Sequence record: OR525698.1
DNA: 64,000 nucleotides
Direction: 5' to 3' (one strand)
DNA from: Escherichia phage vB-Eco-KMB43
The translations under genes and the position numbers were made by a program. Shown piece by piece: positions 1-8,798 of this stretch; position 1 is the stretch's first letter; each line of letters starts with the position of its first letter. The notes beneath the pieces are model-generated. The model worked only from the letters and a program-made list of their open reading frames with translations. It made no database searches and was not told where the DNA came from.

Positions 1-91
1 ATTAGCTTATGCAATTATTCGTTCTGATCATGCAATTAATCTGGTAAACAAAGTTAACCGTAGCGTTGATAATGTTTCTAGGAAGAAGTAA
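1..91 (+). CDS. 3' end of upstream late gene, probably major capsid protein gp23 (partial)
   Basis: Frame open from window edge to TAA 89-91; lies directly upstream of gene 24 as in T4; assignment by synteny only. Confidence 0.4.
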   Translation, partial: LAYAIIRSDHAINLVNKVNRSVDNVSRKK

Positions 92-130
92 GTTTATTTT
101 TGGAATCCTTTGGATTCCTTTTTCTTTTTG

Positions 131-138
131 TATAAATA
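131..138 (+). promoter_or_regulatory. T4-type late promoter TATAAATA upstream of gene 24
   Basis: Exact TATAAATA about 38 nt upstream of the gene 24 ATG. Confidence 0.6.
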
Positions 139-175
139 TGATATATCCATTAAGGCAAATACAGGATTCATAAAC

Positions 176-1417
176 ATGACTCATATTTTTACTGAACTGT
201 TGCGGGAATCTACTTCCTCAGTAGCTAACCAGACAGCGCGACCGCAACTATTATCATTAACTCGCGCGGTAAACAACCTGATTTTCTCTGATCTGGTAGC
301 AATCCAGCCAACGGATCAACCAGTATCTGCATTGTACGGCCTACGTTATCTTAATCATGATGGTCAGATGACTTTCCGAACTGCTGCAACCTACGGTGGT
401 GCGGTTGGTGATCGCACAGAGATTGAAGAGTTTTCAAAAGAAAAATCTTATGACGAAGGCGCACTATTCAAATCAGGCGATGTTGTATACGAAGTTGTGA
501 CCGCTGGTACAGTCGGTGAAGATGCCGAAACTCCAGAAGCTGCGATCTTTAAAGGCGTAATGACAAACAAAATTCGTTTCTATAGCGATTGTGCATCGGT
601 AGAATACTTTGAAGATAAAAACACCGAAATTGCGTCTACCTCTATGCAGTTTGACAAGTGGCAAGTTAATGTAGGTTCTCGTAAACTGAAAACCTCGTTC
701 ACCACTGAATTAATGCAGGATCTTGAGGCAAGCCAAATCAACTCTGAAAACTCTGTAATTGATCTTCTGGCTACTGTTGCTTCAGAAGAGATCAACAAAG
801 ATATTATTCAGAAGTTGATCACTGTATCATCTCGCTATAAAATTAAAGGGATCACCCCTGATGGCGTACTTTCTCTCGTTAGCGTTCAGGATGCACCAAC
901 ACAAGCGCGTGAACTTTACCGCTATGCTTGCGAGATGAGCAATCAAATGTTGCGGACTTCCTCCTTTGCTGGTACATACGTTTTGGCGTCTTCTCGCGTG
1001 GTTGGCCTCCTGCAATCTTCCGGTTGGATGGAAGAAACCGACAATGCTCTAAGCGAAGGTCGTCTACGTTGCGGTCTGGAAGTGTACGCAGACACGACAA
1101 CACCTTTCGATTATATGCTCGTTGGTTGTAAGCACATGATCGGTGATATGGAGAGTGTCGGTTCTCTGTTCTACTCCCCATATACAGAAGCCGACGGCGC
1201 TGGCGCGTATAAGAGCGTAATTGACCCTAATAGCTTCCAGCATCATGTAGCTATTATGAATCGTTATTCACTCTCTGTCAACCCATATACATCAAAAGTT
1301 GATCAGGAAGAACACCAGGTCATCAAGGGTGACGATTGGGGTAAAATGGCTGGACGTTCAGAAATGTCCTACATTTTAGGAATCGAACTGCCACCGCTTG
1401 AGATTGACAACGCTTAA
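176..1417 (+). CDS. 24: head vertex protein gp24
   Basis: Translation from ATG 176 (MTHIFTELLRESTSS...) aligns along its length with remembered T4 gp24; AGGA RBS upstream; ORF track start at 110 is an upstream in-frame extension. Confidence 0.9.
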   Translation: MTHIFTELLRESTSSVANQTARPQLLSLTRAVNNLIFSDLVAIQPTDQPVSALYGLRYLNHDGQMTFRTAATYGGAVGDRTEIEEFSKEKSYDEGALFKSGDVVYEVVTAGTVGEDAETPEAAIFKGVMTNKIRFYSDCASVEYFEDKNTEIASTSMQFDKWQVNVGSRKLKTSFTTELMQDLEASQINSENSVIDLLATVASEEINKDIIQKLITVSSRYKIKGITPDGVLSLVSVQDAPTQARELYRYACEMSNQMLRTSSFAGTYVLASSRVVGLLQSSGWMEETDNALSEGRLRCGLEVYADTTTPFDYMLVGCKHMIGDMESVGSLFYSPYTEADGAGAYKSVIDPNSFQHHVAIMNRYSLSVNPYTSKVDQEEHQVIKGDDWGKMAGRSEMSYILGIELPPLEIDNA

Positions 1418-2005
1418 CTAAATATCTAACCAAGACAAGTCAGATCCGCCCAAGATTTTTTCGACGGCGGATCTATTTTCTTGATGATATAAGTTAAAAC
1501 ATGGTATCCCATGTCTACGGGCAACATAAACAGCAATTCTAGTTCCTCCCGAAACGATTCCATTAACTTCTTTCGCCCAAAATATCACACAATCTACCGG
1601 ATCATCAAGTGTCTCACCTAAGACTTGAGCAACATTTCTAGAAAACAGATTTTGCATGTATAACGGTATAGAACGAGGATTATCATAAACATGTTCTAAT
1701 TCATCCATCGCCAGATTTTTTTGTTCTAAGGTTTGCCATGCAATCACATCATGACCGTTATGCTTGTGGTCATAAAACTTCCAATTTGGAATGAAAATTT
1801 TTCTATAATCTGGATCGTAATACTTCATGAAAGCATTGTCCATACCGTAAGCCCCTCCAGAATGCGCTACAACGCGATTTTCTGACAATACCCTCCCAAT
1901 GGTACTAGCCATTATCAAAATGTCGCTAGGCGCTTTTCTAGAGCCGATTAAAGCACATCTACGAAGTGGTTTTACTCCAAATAGATCTTGTAACTGGTCA
2001 AACAT
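1418..2005 (-). CDS. SLOG/DprA(Smf)-like Rossmann-fold protein
   Basis: 195 aa; segment LIGSRKAPSDILIMASTIGRVLSENRVVAHSGGAYGMDNAF resembles the DprA/SLOG GxR...SGGARGID nucleotide-binding signature; GGAGGAA RBS upstream of ATG. Confidence 0.45.
   Translation of the reverse strand: MFDQLQDLFGVKPLRRCALIGSRKAPSDILIMASTIGRVLSENRVVAHSGGAYGMDNAFMKYYDPDYRKIFIPNWKFYDHKHNGHDVIAWQTLEQKNLAMDELEHVYDNPRSIPLYMQNLFSRNVAQVLGETLDDPVDCVIFWAKEVNGIVSGGTRIAVYVARRHGIPCFNLYHQENRSAVEKILGGSDLSWLDI
1442..1479 (+). terminator. candidate rho-independent terminator after gene 24
   Basis: Inverted repeat AGATCCGCC...GGCGGATCT followed by ATTTTCTT; loop is long (15 nt), so moderate confidence. Confidence 0.45.
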
Positions 2006-2157
2006 AATATTTCCTCCATAGAAAGCAATATCATACTACAAGTTAATAACAAATACAAGTATCCGCGTAGCGGAAGCGAGCACAGCGAGCATTAAAAACA
2101 CTTCCAGTAATTGATTAATAAATGTTCGAAACAAATTTTTATTATTTTATAAGATAA

Positions 2158-2327
2158 GTCTTCGTTTTGATCATAATTTAAACATACATGTAAAACTACA
2201 CAAAAGGATATCGCTTCGCGAACTCCTACGGAGTATAACATTTGTGTTACAATATGTAGTGATTAATAATTAACCAAAGATACATTTTCTATGTTCTAAA
2301 GATCTTTCTTCGTTTTGATCATAATTT
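2158..2327. repeat. imperfect direct repeat pair in a 410-bp noncoding region
   Basis: TCTTCGTTTTGATCATAATTTA at 2158-2179 and 2306-2327, each followed by ACATGTAAA(A)CTA. Confidence 0.6.
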
Positions 2328-2390
2328 AATCAAACAGTATTAATATTGTGCACATGTAAACTAAAATTATGTTAATAATAGATACAAAAA

Positions 2391-2410
2391 AGCCGCCCAG
2401 AAGGACGGCT
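2391..2410 (-). terminator. candidate terminator downstream of ORF 2419-2856
   Basis: AGCCGCCCAGAAGGACGGCT hairpin flanked by an A-run on the plus strand (T-run on the transcribed minus strand). Confidence 0.5.
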
Positions 2411-2418
2411 AATGTTAA

Positions 2419-2856
2419 TTATTTGTTGATAACGATCTGATTTCGGCGAATGGTAACATTACTCTTAGAGATGATCAGATCATCCGGCACTACGTTAGTT
2501 TTGTATGGTTGGAATCGAACAAGCATCTGATTGCGTTTAGACCCTTCCTTAATCTTGATTTCCATCTGGATATTGTTGCCTACGTGAGCAACCGCAATTT
2601 CACCTTTATTCTCATAGACCCACTTGCTGGTAACGTCTCCAGCAAAAGCCTTAATAACTTGCAATGCTTCGTCGTATGCGGTAGAGCTGTGAACTTTCAG
2701 AAGGCCAGCCGTAGCAAGACGGGAGCAGGTGATCGCCGGAGATTGCCAAACATCAACATTAATTTGCTCAATCATAGTAACACCGCCCTGATCAACTGCT
2801 TTGAATGCTTCGAACATTGCCTTTTTCATTGCTACGTGGTTTTTACGGAATTTCAT
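2419..2856 (-). CDS. hypothetical protein (145 aa)
   Basis: Intact ORF with AGGTG RBS; no recognisable motif. Confidence 0.6.
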   Translation of the reverse strand: MKFRKNHVAMKKAMFEAFKAVDQGGVTMIEQINVDVWQSPAITCSRLATAGLLKVHSSTAYDEALQVIKAFAGDVTSKWVYENKGEIAVAHVGNNIQMEIKIKEGSKRNQMLVRFQPYKTNVVPDDLIISKSNVTIRRNQIVINK

Positions 2857-2902
2857 AATTATTCACCTCTATTGATTAGTTATTCAGAATATTAATTACA
2901 AA

Positions 2903-3178
2903 TTAGGACATTGCCCGTTTGAATGCGTCCATTATAACAGTGTTATTTGGCTTGTCAACACGTTTTTGAACTTTATTTTTAAATTTTTTGTTGATGTGGT
3001 GTTTACGATAAACAACCTTTTCACGGCTGGCGTAAGCCTCGCGTGCATCTTTTACCATCAACCATTCCTTAGCCGCATCTTGTCCGCTGATCCCGCCAAT
3101 CTTCTTAGCAATATCAACAAAATTAAGACCGTGGTCTTCGCGTAGCATGTAAACCATTAACGCTGTTTTCTTGTCCAT
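2903..3178 (-). CDS. hypothetical protein (about 91 aa)
   Basis: ORF 2903-3286 in track; likely start is the ATG at 3176-3178, which overlaps the stop of the upstream ORF as ATGA (translational coupling). Confidence 0.5.
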   Translation of the reverse strand: MDKKTALMVYMLREDHGLNFVDIAKKIGGISGQDAAKEWLMVKDAREAYASREKVVYRKHHINKKFKNKVQKRVDKPNNTVIMDAFKRAMS

Positions 3179-3375
3179 CACTTCGCCCCATTGACGATTA
3201 ACAGGATAGTGATCAGTACCGGAAACTGGATCATGACAGTACCAAAAAACCGGATAAACGCATTTTCCGACTTCCACACATGACATGCGACTAGCTGATA
3301 GACCATTGTTGCAACCAAAGCCAGAAAATACATCTCGATTGGTGCTTCTTTGATCAATCGTACAACCTCATTCAT
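3178..3375 (-). CDS. small hydrophobic/membrane protein (65 aa)
   Basis: ORF with two hydrophobic stretches (FLALVATMVYQLVA, VMIQFPVLITILLIV). Confidence 0.5.
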   Translation of the reverse strand: MNEVVRLIKEAPIEMYFLALVATMVYQLVACHVWKSENAFIRFFGTVMIQFPVLITILLIVNGAK

Positions 3376-3538
3376 ACTTCACCTCATACATTCATAAACA
3401 CAACAACGAATAGGACAGTAACAGTTATTAAAGCCATTTTCAACCCCATATTCATAATATTTTCCTCATAGGGTAACGCCCTGTCGATGCGTGCCATTAT
3501 AGGCATCTAAATCGCTCTGTCAAGCACAAAAACAAAAA

Positions 3539-3558
3539 AGCCACCCCGAAGGATGGCT
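3539..3558 (-). terminator. candidate terminator downstream of hoc
   Basis: AGCCACCCCGAAGGATGGCT hairpin preceded on the plus strand by an A-run. Confidence 0.55.
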
Positions 3559-3569
3559 GATAGATTTCA

Positions 3570-4784
3570 TTAAGCAGGATGCGTTTCACGAATGCGTAGA
3601 ACTCGCTCTAACGTCTCTCGGTCCAGTTTATGTAACTTTTTGGACTGATACATGAAACCATTGCGAGATTCCATGCAAGTGCAATCACTATATTTTTCTT
3701 CCGCTGCCGCGATTGTCTCCAGATCTTTGGCGTACTTGCTGGTTGAATAAACTTCTCGGTTACGCCACTCTAACCCAGCCTCATTGAATTTAACAATCTC
3801 GTCAAATACCCACCATCCAATGTAGATAAATGAAGTTTTGCGCCACGGGATCGGGTGTACGTAACGAAACATTTTAACAACTTCCATTGAACATTTTCTA
3901 CTTGTACTTGTTGCAACTTCTACTGTTTCATCTTCGATCTGTTGATATAGTTTAGCAACACACCAGAATTTGGCTGTGTCATCGTAAGTAGCACTCTCTT
4001 TGAACAGATGACCGTCTGGCATGATAGAAAATCCTTCCTGTGCTTCGCCGACCTCACTACCGATCAGAGTCGGTGACAGTTGCCCTTCGCGCTGCAAATA
4101 CCAGTTATATTTGATCGTCAATTCAGGCATACCGCTAGAATCGCCTACAATGTTCTCTGACACAACATAATTAAGTAAGATCTCATTACCTAGTGCCACG
4201 GTCTTTGATTCCACCACATCCTGATCTACGTTCATTGTTGCCAGCATGATTTTAGTCGATGCGCTAGCGGCTGAATCTTCCGACTCACCCCACACTTTTA
4301 CAGTATACACGCCGTTTTTATCTGCTGTAAATTTTTGGATCGTAATATCCTGTGTTGTGTCTATAACGTCTTCGCCCTTACTCCAACTATAATGTAGTTC
4401 ATAGTTGTCTGCTGGAGTATTCCCACCAGAAAATTTTACTGTTGCATGTAATTCTACGTCTGTTTGTGATGATACGTAGAAATGCTGCGGTTCGGTGATA
4501 TTTACGATTAATTCAGCTTCTTCCATGAGGAAAACTTCAGATTCTACTGATTCCGTCGTATCGGTATCTTGTACCGTTACTTTATAGCTACCCGCATTTT
4601 CACTTGTTGCACCTACTACAGATAGCGTAGCTGTGCTATTTTCATGTGGTTGGTCGTCTTTTGTCCATGTATATGTCAAATTGCTGGGTAATGGTTCGTC
4701 ACCCGCTACAGTCGCCGTTAAGGTGAAACCATCTCCAGCAAGAAAACATCTTTTGTCAGATTTAATTGATACTGTGAAAGTCAT
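3570..4784 (-). CDS. hoc: Hoc, highly immunogenic outer capsid decoration protein
   Basis: Starts MTFTV as T4 Hoc; C-terminal YVHPIPWRKTSFIYIGWWVFDEIVK...ESRNG matches the T4 Hoc capsid-binding region (YVHPLPHRSSAYIWCGWWVMDEIQK...ESRNG). Confidence 0.85.
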   Translation of the reverse strand: MTFTVSIKSDKRCFLAGDGFTLTATVAGDEPLPSNLTYTWTKDDQPHENSTATLSVVGATSENAGSYKVTVQDTDTTESVESEVFLMEEAELIVNITEPQHFYVSSQTDVELHATVKFSGGNTPADNYELHYSWSKGEDVIDTTQDITIQKFTADKNGVYTVKVWGESEDSAASASTKIMLATMNVDQDVVESKTVALGNEILLNYVVSENIVGDSSGMPELTIKYNWYLQREGQLSPTLIGSEVGEAQEGFSIMPDGHLFKESATYDDTAKFWCVAKLYQQIEDETVEVATSTSRKCSMEVVKMFRYVHPIPWRKTSFIYIGWWVFDEIVKFNEAGLEWRNREVYSTSKYAKDLETIAAAEEKYSDCTCMESRNGFMYQSKKLHKLDRETLERVLRIRETHPA

Positions 4785-4953
4785 ATAAAGCCACTCCCAT
4801 AGAAAATCCGAATTTAATTAATTGAAATAGTTGATTGCCATCAACCAGATAACCATTGCGAGATTCCAATACATGAGTATTAGAATAGTGATGTAACGAG
4901 GCCGAAATAGTATCGATCTCGTCTGGGTATTTGTTCTGTTTGATGTAATACAT
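4762..4953 (-). CDS. small ORF encoding a Hoc C-terminus-like peptide (63 aa)
   Basis: MYYIKQNKYPDEID...HVLESRNGYLVDG parallels the extreme C-terminus of T4 Hoc (KYYLHRY...DYPEVDVQESRNGYIIH); shares an 18-nt identical stretch AACCATTGCGAGATTCCA with the hoc 3' end; may be a gene remnant. Confidence 0.35.
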   Translation of the reverse strand: MYYIKQNKYPDEIDTISASLHHYSNTHVLESRNGYLVDGNQLFQLIKFGFSMGVALYDFHSIN

Positions 4954-5049
4954 TGATTTTGTTAGAAATGTAGTATCCTCTTTTTAATTGCATAACGGAA
5001 CTACAATTAAAATTATAACAAATATTTCACAACTTTTATCACCCAAAAA

Positions 5050-5775
5050 TTACTTGAGTGTGTGGAATTGGCTGTGTTTAGTCTCTCGCACCTTGACAGA
5101 CCCATCGCGTTTGATATAATAGATCAGCGACTTGAGGGTGTCGTGTACATACGCGTGCGGGAAACGTTCTGGATACTTCTTCCAATCTGGAGTATTAACG
5201 ATCCAGTCGAAAATCCACCACGGGCAGGAGTAGTAACCACGACCGCCACCGATCAAGCAAATGGTCGGACGGAAGCCAGTAAGATCGCAAAATGAATCAG
5301 TGTCATGTGCTGGGGAACGATGCTCTGCTTCGTTAGAGAAAATGTTGGCTACCGGAGATTCCACTTTAACTTCCGGTGCTTCTTCAACATCTGACTTAAC
5401 TTCTTCGACCACTGGTTCAACTGCCGGAGATTCTTCTTTTGTTTCTTCAATGACGATCTCAGGTTCTTTCATTGCTTCAACCAGAGACGGATCAACTTCG
5501 TCGAATACCACTTTATCATCTGCGGTGTCTGCTGCCAGAATAAGATCGTTAATACTGGTTCCTTCTGCCGGAGTTTCTTCTTCCATTTCGGAAGCCAGTT
5601 TAGTTAATTCTGTTTCTACGAACTCGATCATGTTCTCTAGCGAGAGCGTCTTTTTGACCTTTATATCAAATTGTTTTGCGTAGTCCGCTAATTCTGTTTT
5701 AGCGGCTTTCTGTGATTCTTTGTCGTCGGACGCCGCAATAGCGCGGAGTTCTTCGAAATATTCTTTATCAAACAT
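5050..5775 (-). CDS. inh: Inh-like head protein with acidic linker and Hoc-like C-terminal module
   Basis: Position between hoc and uvsW as T4 inh; acidic low-complexity centre; C-terminal CPWWIFDWIV resembles the Hoc GWWVFDEIV motif; identity by synteny. Confidence 0.45.
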   Translation of the reverse strand: MFDKEYFEELRAIAASDDKESQKAAKTELADYAKQFDIKVKKTLSLENMIEFVETELTKLASEMEEETPAEGTSINDLILAADTADDKVVFDEVDPSLVEAMKEPEIVIEETKEESPAVEPVVEEVKSDVEEAPEVKVESPVANIFSNEAEHRSPAHDTDSFCDLTGFRPTICLIGGGRGYYSCPWWIFDWIVNTPDWKKYPERFPHAYVHDTLKSLIYYIKRDGSVKVRETKHSQFHTLK

Positions 5776-5801
5776 GTTATTCTCCTGATTGGGGGTGTTT
5801 G

Positions 5802-5809
5802 TATAAATA
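5802..5809 (+). promoter_or_regulatory. T4-type late promoter TATAAATA upstream of uvsW
   Basis: Exact TATAAATA about 37 nt upstream of the uvsW ATG. Confidence 0.55.
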
Positions 5810-5845
5810 TTTGTATACTGTATTTATTGAGTGAGGCTATTCGCT

Positions 5846-7330
5846 ATGCAAGATATTAAAATTCACTTTCTGAACTATTCCCATGTTCAAATTGAATGTA
5901 GCGATTCAATTTTATTAGAAATGCGAGATTATTTTAGTTTTGAAGTCGAGGGAGCGCGGTTTCAAAAAAGATTTAAGTATGGTGGATGGGATGGGCGTAT
6001 TCGTCTTTTAGACTACAACGGAAAGTTGCCTATCGGCCTAACTAAAACCGTGGGAATCTTCGCTAAAAATATGGGCTATAGCGTATGGGTAGATCCTCGC
6101 TTATTCGAAAAAGAACAAGTTACAGAAGAAGAAATTACAAAATGGTGTAATGACTTAGAATTATATTCCGGTGCTAACAGGATCACCCCGCACTGGTATC
6201 AATCAAAGGCTGTCTTTGAAGGTATCCATCATAAACGCCGTATGTTAGTTTTGCCTACGTCCGCTGGTAAATCTGCGATTGCTTGTATGTTGTCTCGCTG
6301 GTACTTAGAGAACTACGAAGGGAAAGTGCTGATCATCGTTCCTACCACGTCGCTAGTGCTGCAAATGCGTGATGACTTTGTTGATTATCGCCAGTTTCCT
6401 TATGAAGCAATTCATACTATCATGAGCGGTACTAGTAAACACGTAGGTGATCGCCTGATCGTTGTTAGTACGTGGCAATCAGCATGTAAACAGCCTCGTG
6501 AGTGGTTCCAACAATTCGGGATGGTTATTGTTGACGAATGTCACAAAGCCACTGCTAAAAACCTGCTAAACATCGTTACTGATATGGATCATTGCCAATT
6601 TAAGATCGGTATGACTGGTTCCCCTCGTGACGGGAAAGCTAACATGATGCAGTATGTCGGGCTTTTCGGTGATATTTCTAAGATCGTGAGTATTGACCGC
6701 CTGATGGAAGAAGGGCAGGTGACAAAACTGAAAATTAACTGTCTTTTCCTTCGTTATACCGATGAGGAATGTAGCGCGGTTAAGGGTAGAGAATATGCGG
6801 AAGAGATCAAGTATATTACGTCTAACCCACGACGAAATAAGTTTGCTTGTAATTTGGCGCTAAAACTCGCTAAGAAGGGCGAAAACGTATTCCTTATGTT
6901 CCGCAATACTAAGCACGGAAAACTTATGTATGACGCGTTACAGAAGGTACACGACAAGGTTTATTATATTGACGGTGGAGTTAAGACAGAAGAACGTGAT
7001 GAATTTAAGAAATTAGCGGAAGGGGAAACCGGGATCATTTGCGTTGCATCCTATGGTGTGTTCTCTACTGGTGTTTCAATTAAGAATTTGCACCATGTTA
7101 TTTTCGGTCATCCAGTGAAGGAATCAACTATCGTTCGTCAGAGTATCGGTCGTGCATTGCGTAAACATGGTTCTAAGGATATTGCAACGGTCTGGGATCT
7201 TATAGATCATCTGGCGGTGAAGACAAAGAGCAAGAATGCTAAGAAACAGTTTAGTCACCTTAATTATGCTCTTAAACACGCGCTTTTGAGGATACAGCTT
7301 TACAATACCGATAAATTTGAGTATGCTTAA
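5846..7330 (+). CDS. uvsW: UvsW DNA/RNA helicase; 3' end altered by a 55-bp tandem duplication
   Basis: MQDIKIHFLNYSHVQIECSDS... aligns with T4 UvsW (MDIKVHFHDFSHVRIDC...) including helicase motifs (PTSAGKS, DECH); ORF stops at TAA 7328-7330 inside the second repeat copy; native C-terminus ...EYVTKTIEI with stop at 7401-7403 lies downstream. Confidence 0.85.
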   Translation: MQDIKIHFLNYSHVQIECSDSILLEMRDYFSFEVEGARFQKRFKYGGWDGRIRLLDYNGKLPIGLTKTVGIFAKNMGYSVWVDPRLFEKEQVTEEEITKWCNDLELYSGANRITPHWYQSKAVFEGIHHKRRMLVLPTSAGKSAIACMLSRWYLENYEGKVLIIVPTTSLVLQMRDDFVDYRQFPYEAIHTIMSGTSKHVGDRLIVVSTWQSACKQPREWFQQFGMVIVDECHKATAKNLLNIVTDMDHCQFKIGMTGSPRDGKANMMQYVGLFGDISKIVSIDRLMEEGQVTKLKINCLFLRYTDEECSAVKGREYAEEIKYITSNPRRNKFACNLALKLAKKGENVFLMFRNTKHGKLMYDALQKVHDKVYYIDGGVKTEERDEFKKLAEGETGIICVASYGVFSTGVSIKNLHHVIFGHPVKESTIVRQSIGRALRKHGSKDIATVWDLIDHLAVKTKSKNAKKQFSHLNYALKHALLRIQLYNTDKFEYA

Positions 7331-7380
7331 ACACGCGCTTTTGAGGATACAGCTTTACAATACCGATAAATTTGAGTATG
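7271..7380. repeat. perfect 55-bp tandem duplication (2 copies) at the uvsW 3' end
   Basis: 7271-7325 and 7326-7380 are identical: CTTAAACACGCGCTTTTGAGGATACAGCTTTACAATACCGATAAATTTGAGTATG. Confidence 0.95.
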
Positions 7381-7409
7381 TCACGAAAACCATCGAGATT
7401 TAATAAATA

Positions 7410-7431
7410 GGGGCTTTAATGCCCCTTTATT
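7410..7431 (+). terminator. candidate rho-independent terminator after uvsW
   Basis: GGGGC-TTTAAT-GCCCC hairpin followed by TTTATTCT, immediately after the native uvsW stop. Confidence 0.6.
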
Positions 7432-7446
7432 CTACGGAGATTAAAA

Positions 7447-7683
7447 ATGATTAGCTTTAAACGTTTTTTGGTTGAGGCCGCTATTGACGGTTTCATGCGT
7501 AAGATTTATTCTTGTAATACTATCGAGGGATTAAATGAACTTGAGGCATATTATGAGAAGCGCAAGAAAGAAACAGAATTGAAACCTGCTGATGATATTT
7601 CGATCCGTGATGCCATCGCTGGACGCCGTAAGCAACTGGAAGCGGACAACGAGCCAGAAGATGAGCCGGAAGAGGATTTTTAA
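7447..7683 (+). CDS. uvsW.1: UvsW.1-like small protein (78 aa)
   Basis: Intact ORF with GGAGA RBS directly downstream of uvsW, as in T4. Confidence 0.6.
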   Translation: MISFKRFLVEAAIDGFMRKIYSCNTIEGLNELEAYYEKRKKETELKPADDISIRDAIAGRRKQLEADNEPEDEPEEDF

Positions 7684-7694
7684 GATATAAAAAA

Positions 7695-7713
7695 GCCCCA
7701 TCATTGATGGGGC
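7695..7713 (-). terminator. candidate terminator between uvsW.1 and the uvsY cluster
   Basis: GCCCC...GGGGC hairpin flanked by A-runs on the plus strand (T-run on the minus strand). Confidence 0.45.
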
Positions 7714-7746
7714 AAAATAAACCAATTAAAATCGGTTATCAACAAA

Positions 7747-7923
7747 TTACATTAACAGCATTGTTTGCTCTACGAGTTGTTCTTGTTCTTCGCCGTTCGC
7801 ATCTTCACTAATCGAACGTTCTGTTACTAGCTGTAAGCAGTAGCCAGTGTGAACAACGCCGTTTTCTGTCTGGACGGATAACGCATCCTCGACAGGTTGT
7901 TTACAACAAATACAGATTTTCAT
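7747..7923 (-). CDS. small Cys-rich protein, UvsY.-2-like (58 aa)
   Basis: Manual translation MKICICCKQPVEDALSVQTENGVVHTGYCLQ...; below the ORF-track length cutoff; position as T4 uvsY.-2. Confidence 0.45.
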   Translation of the reverse strand: MKICICCKQPVEDALSVQTENGVVHTGYCLQLVTERSISEDANGEEQEQLVEQTMLLM

Positions 7924-7944
7924 AAAAATTCCTCCTGCATGTAT

Positions 7945-8352
7945 TTAGCGACCAGATTCCAGCATACGCAATTCTATAGCATTCTTGATCGCAAAGCCAC
8001 GAGATTTAACGATATCAAGTGCGCGACCAGCAAAATCCATTACCATCTGGTAATATGCAATTTTCGTATCAAGTGGTAAGATCTCGTCGTCTGCTGCCAT
8101 GACAACTTTCAATTCTGATTTCTCATATTCAGCACGACACCAGTCATCACTACGGTTAGTGTAAAAATCAAGACGATTTTTCATAGCCTTTTTCTTTTTA
8201 GCCTCAAGAGCAATCGTCTCTCTTTTCGCCTCGCTGTAAATCCTTAACCACTTTGAGTATACTACCGGATTATTCAGCGCCTCCCATTGCAACTTAGTCG
8301 CATCGATCTTCATGTCAGCTTCTAATTGTTCTTTCAAATCGTTTAGGTCCAT
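7945..8352 (-). CDS. uvsY: UvsY recombination mediator
   Basis: 135 aa; ...LQWEALNNPVVYSKWLRIY...KSRGFAIKNAIELRMLESG aligns with T4 UvsY. Confidence 0.85.
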   Translation of the reverse strand: MDLNDLKEQLEADMKIDATKLQWEALNNPVVYSKWLRIYSEAKRETIALEAKKKKAMKNRLDFYTNRSDDWCRAEYEKSELKVVMAADDEILPLDTKIAYYQMVMDFAGRALDIVKSRGFAIKNAIELRMLESGR

Positions 8353-8399
8353 AATATCCCCTTATTCACACTAAGACCTATATCATATCACACACAAAA

Positions 8400-8798
8400 T
8401 CACTTTGCAAGTCTTATGCGTAGTTGTTCAAGATCATCTGGGTTATCTATTACTGAAAAGTAGATTGATACTATGATTGAGTTATCGTCGTACTGCGGAG
8501 TTACTTCTACTGTCAGGTTTCGGACCCGTGGTTCATAGTTTCGGATCGCCTCATTGATGTTTTTTGATAAGGTGTCCACTGTCAGTGGGTTCATGTTCTC
8601 AAACAGTGATTTATTGAGATCGCATCCAAACAGTGGATCAAATGGACGAGATCCCTTGCGAGTAGTCACGATCAGTAGAATAGAATCCTTAACCGCTTTA
8701 ATCCCTATGTTCTTTTTAACGTCGTTATTCCACGATCTGGATATATTGAGATCCAAATCAGTATACATCTGATTAATAGTTGCCATGTTATACCTCAA
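8400..8798 (-). CDS. 25: baseplate wedge protein gp25
   Basis: 132 aa; TTRKGSRPFDPLFGCDL...FSVIDNPDDLEQLRIRL matches T4 gp25 almost motif for motif. Confidence 0.9.
   Translation of the reverse strand: MRYNMATINQMYTDLDLNISRSWNNDVKKNIGIKAVKDSILLIVTTRKGSRPFDPLFGCDLNKSLFENMNPLTVDTLSKNINEAIRNYEPRVRNLTVEVTPQYDDNSIIVSIYFSVIDNPDDLEQLRIRLAK

Noticed and set aside
2060-2095. GC-rich segment CGCGTAGCGGAAGCGAGCACAGCGAGC in an AT-rich spacer, considered as a possible tRNA or small RNA
   Set aside because: Could not fold a cloverleaf by eye and there are no flanking tRNA features; no tRNA-like sequence recognised anywhere in the window
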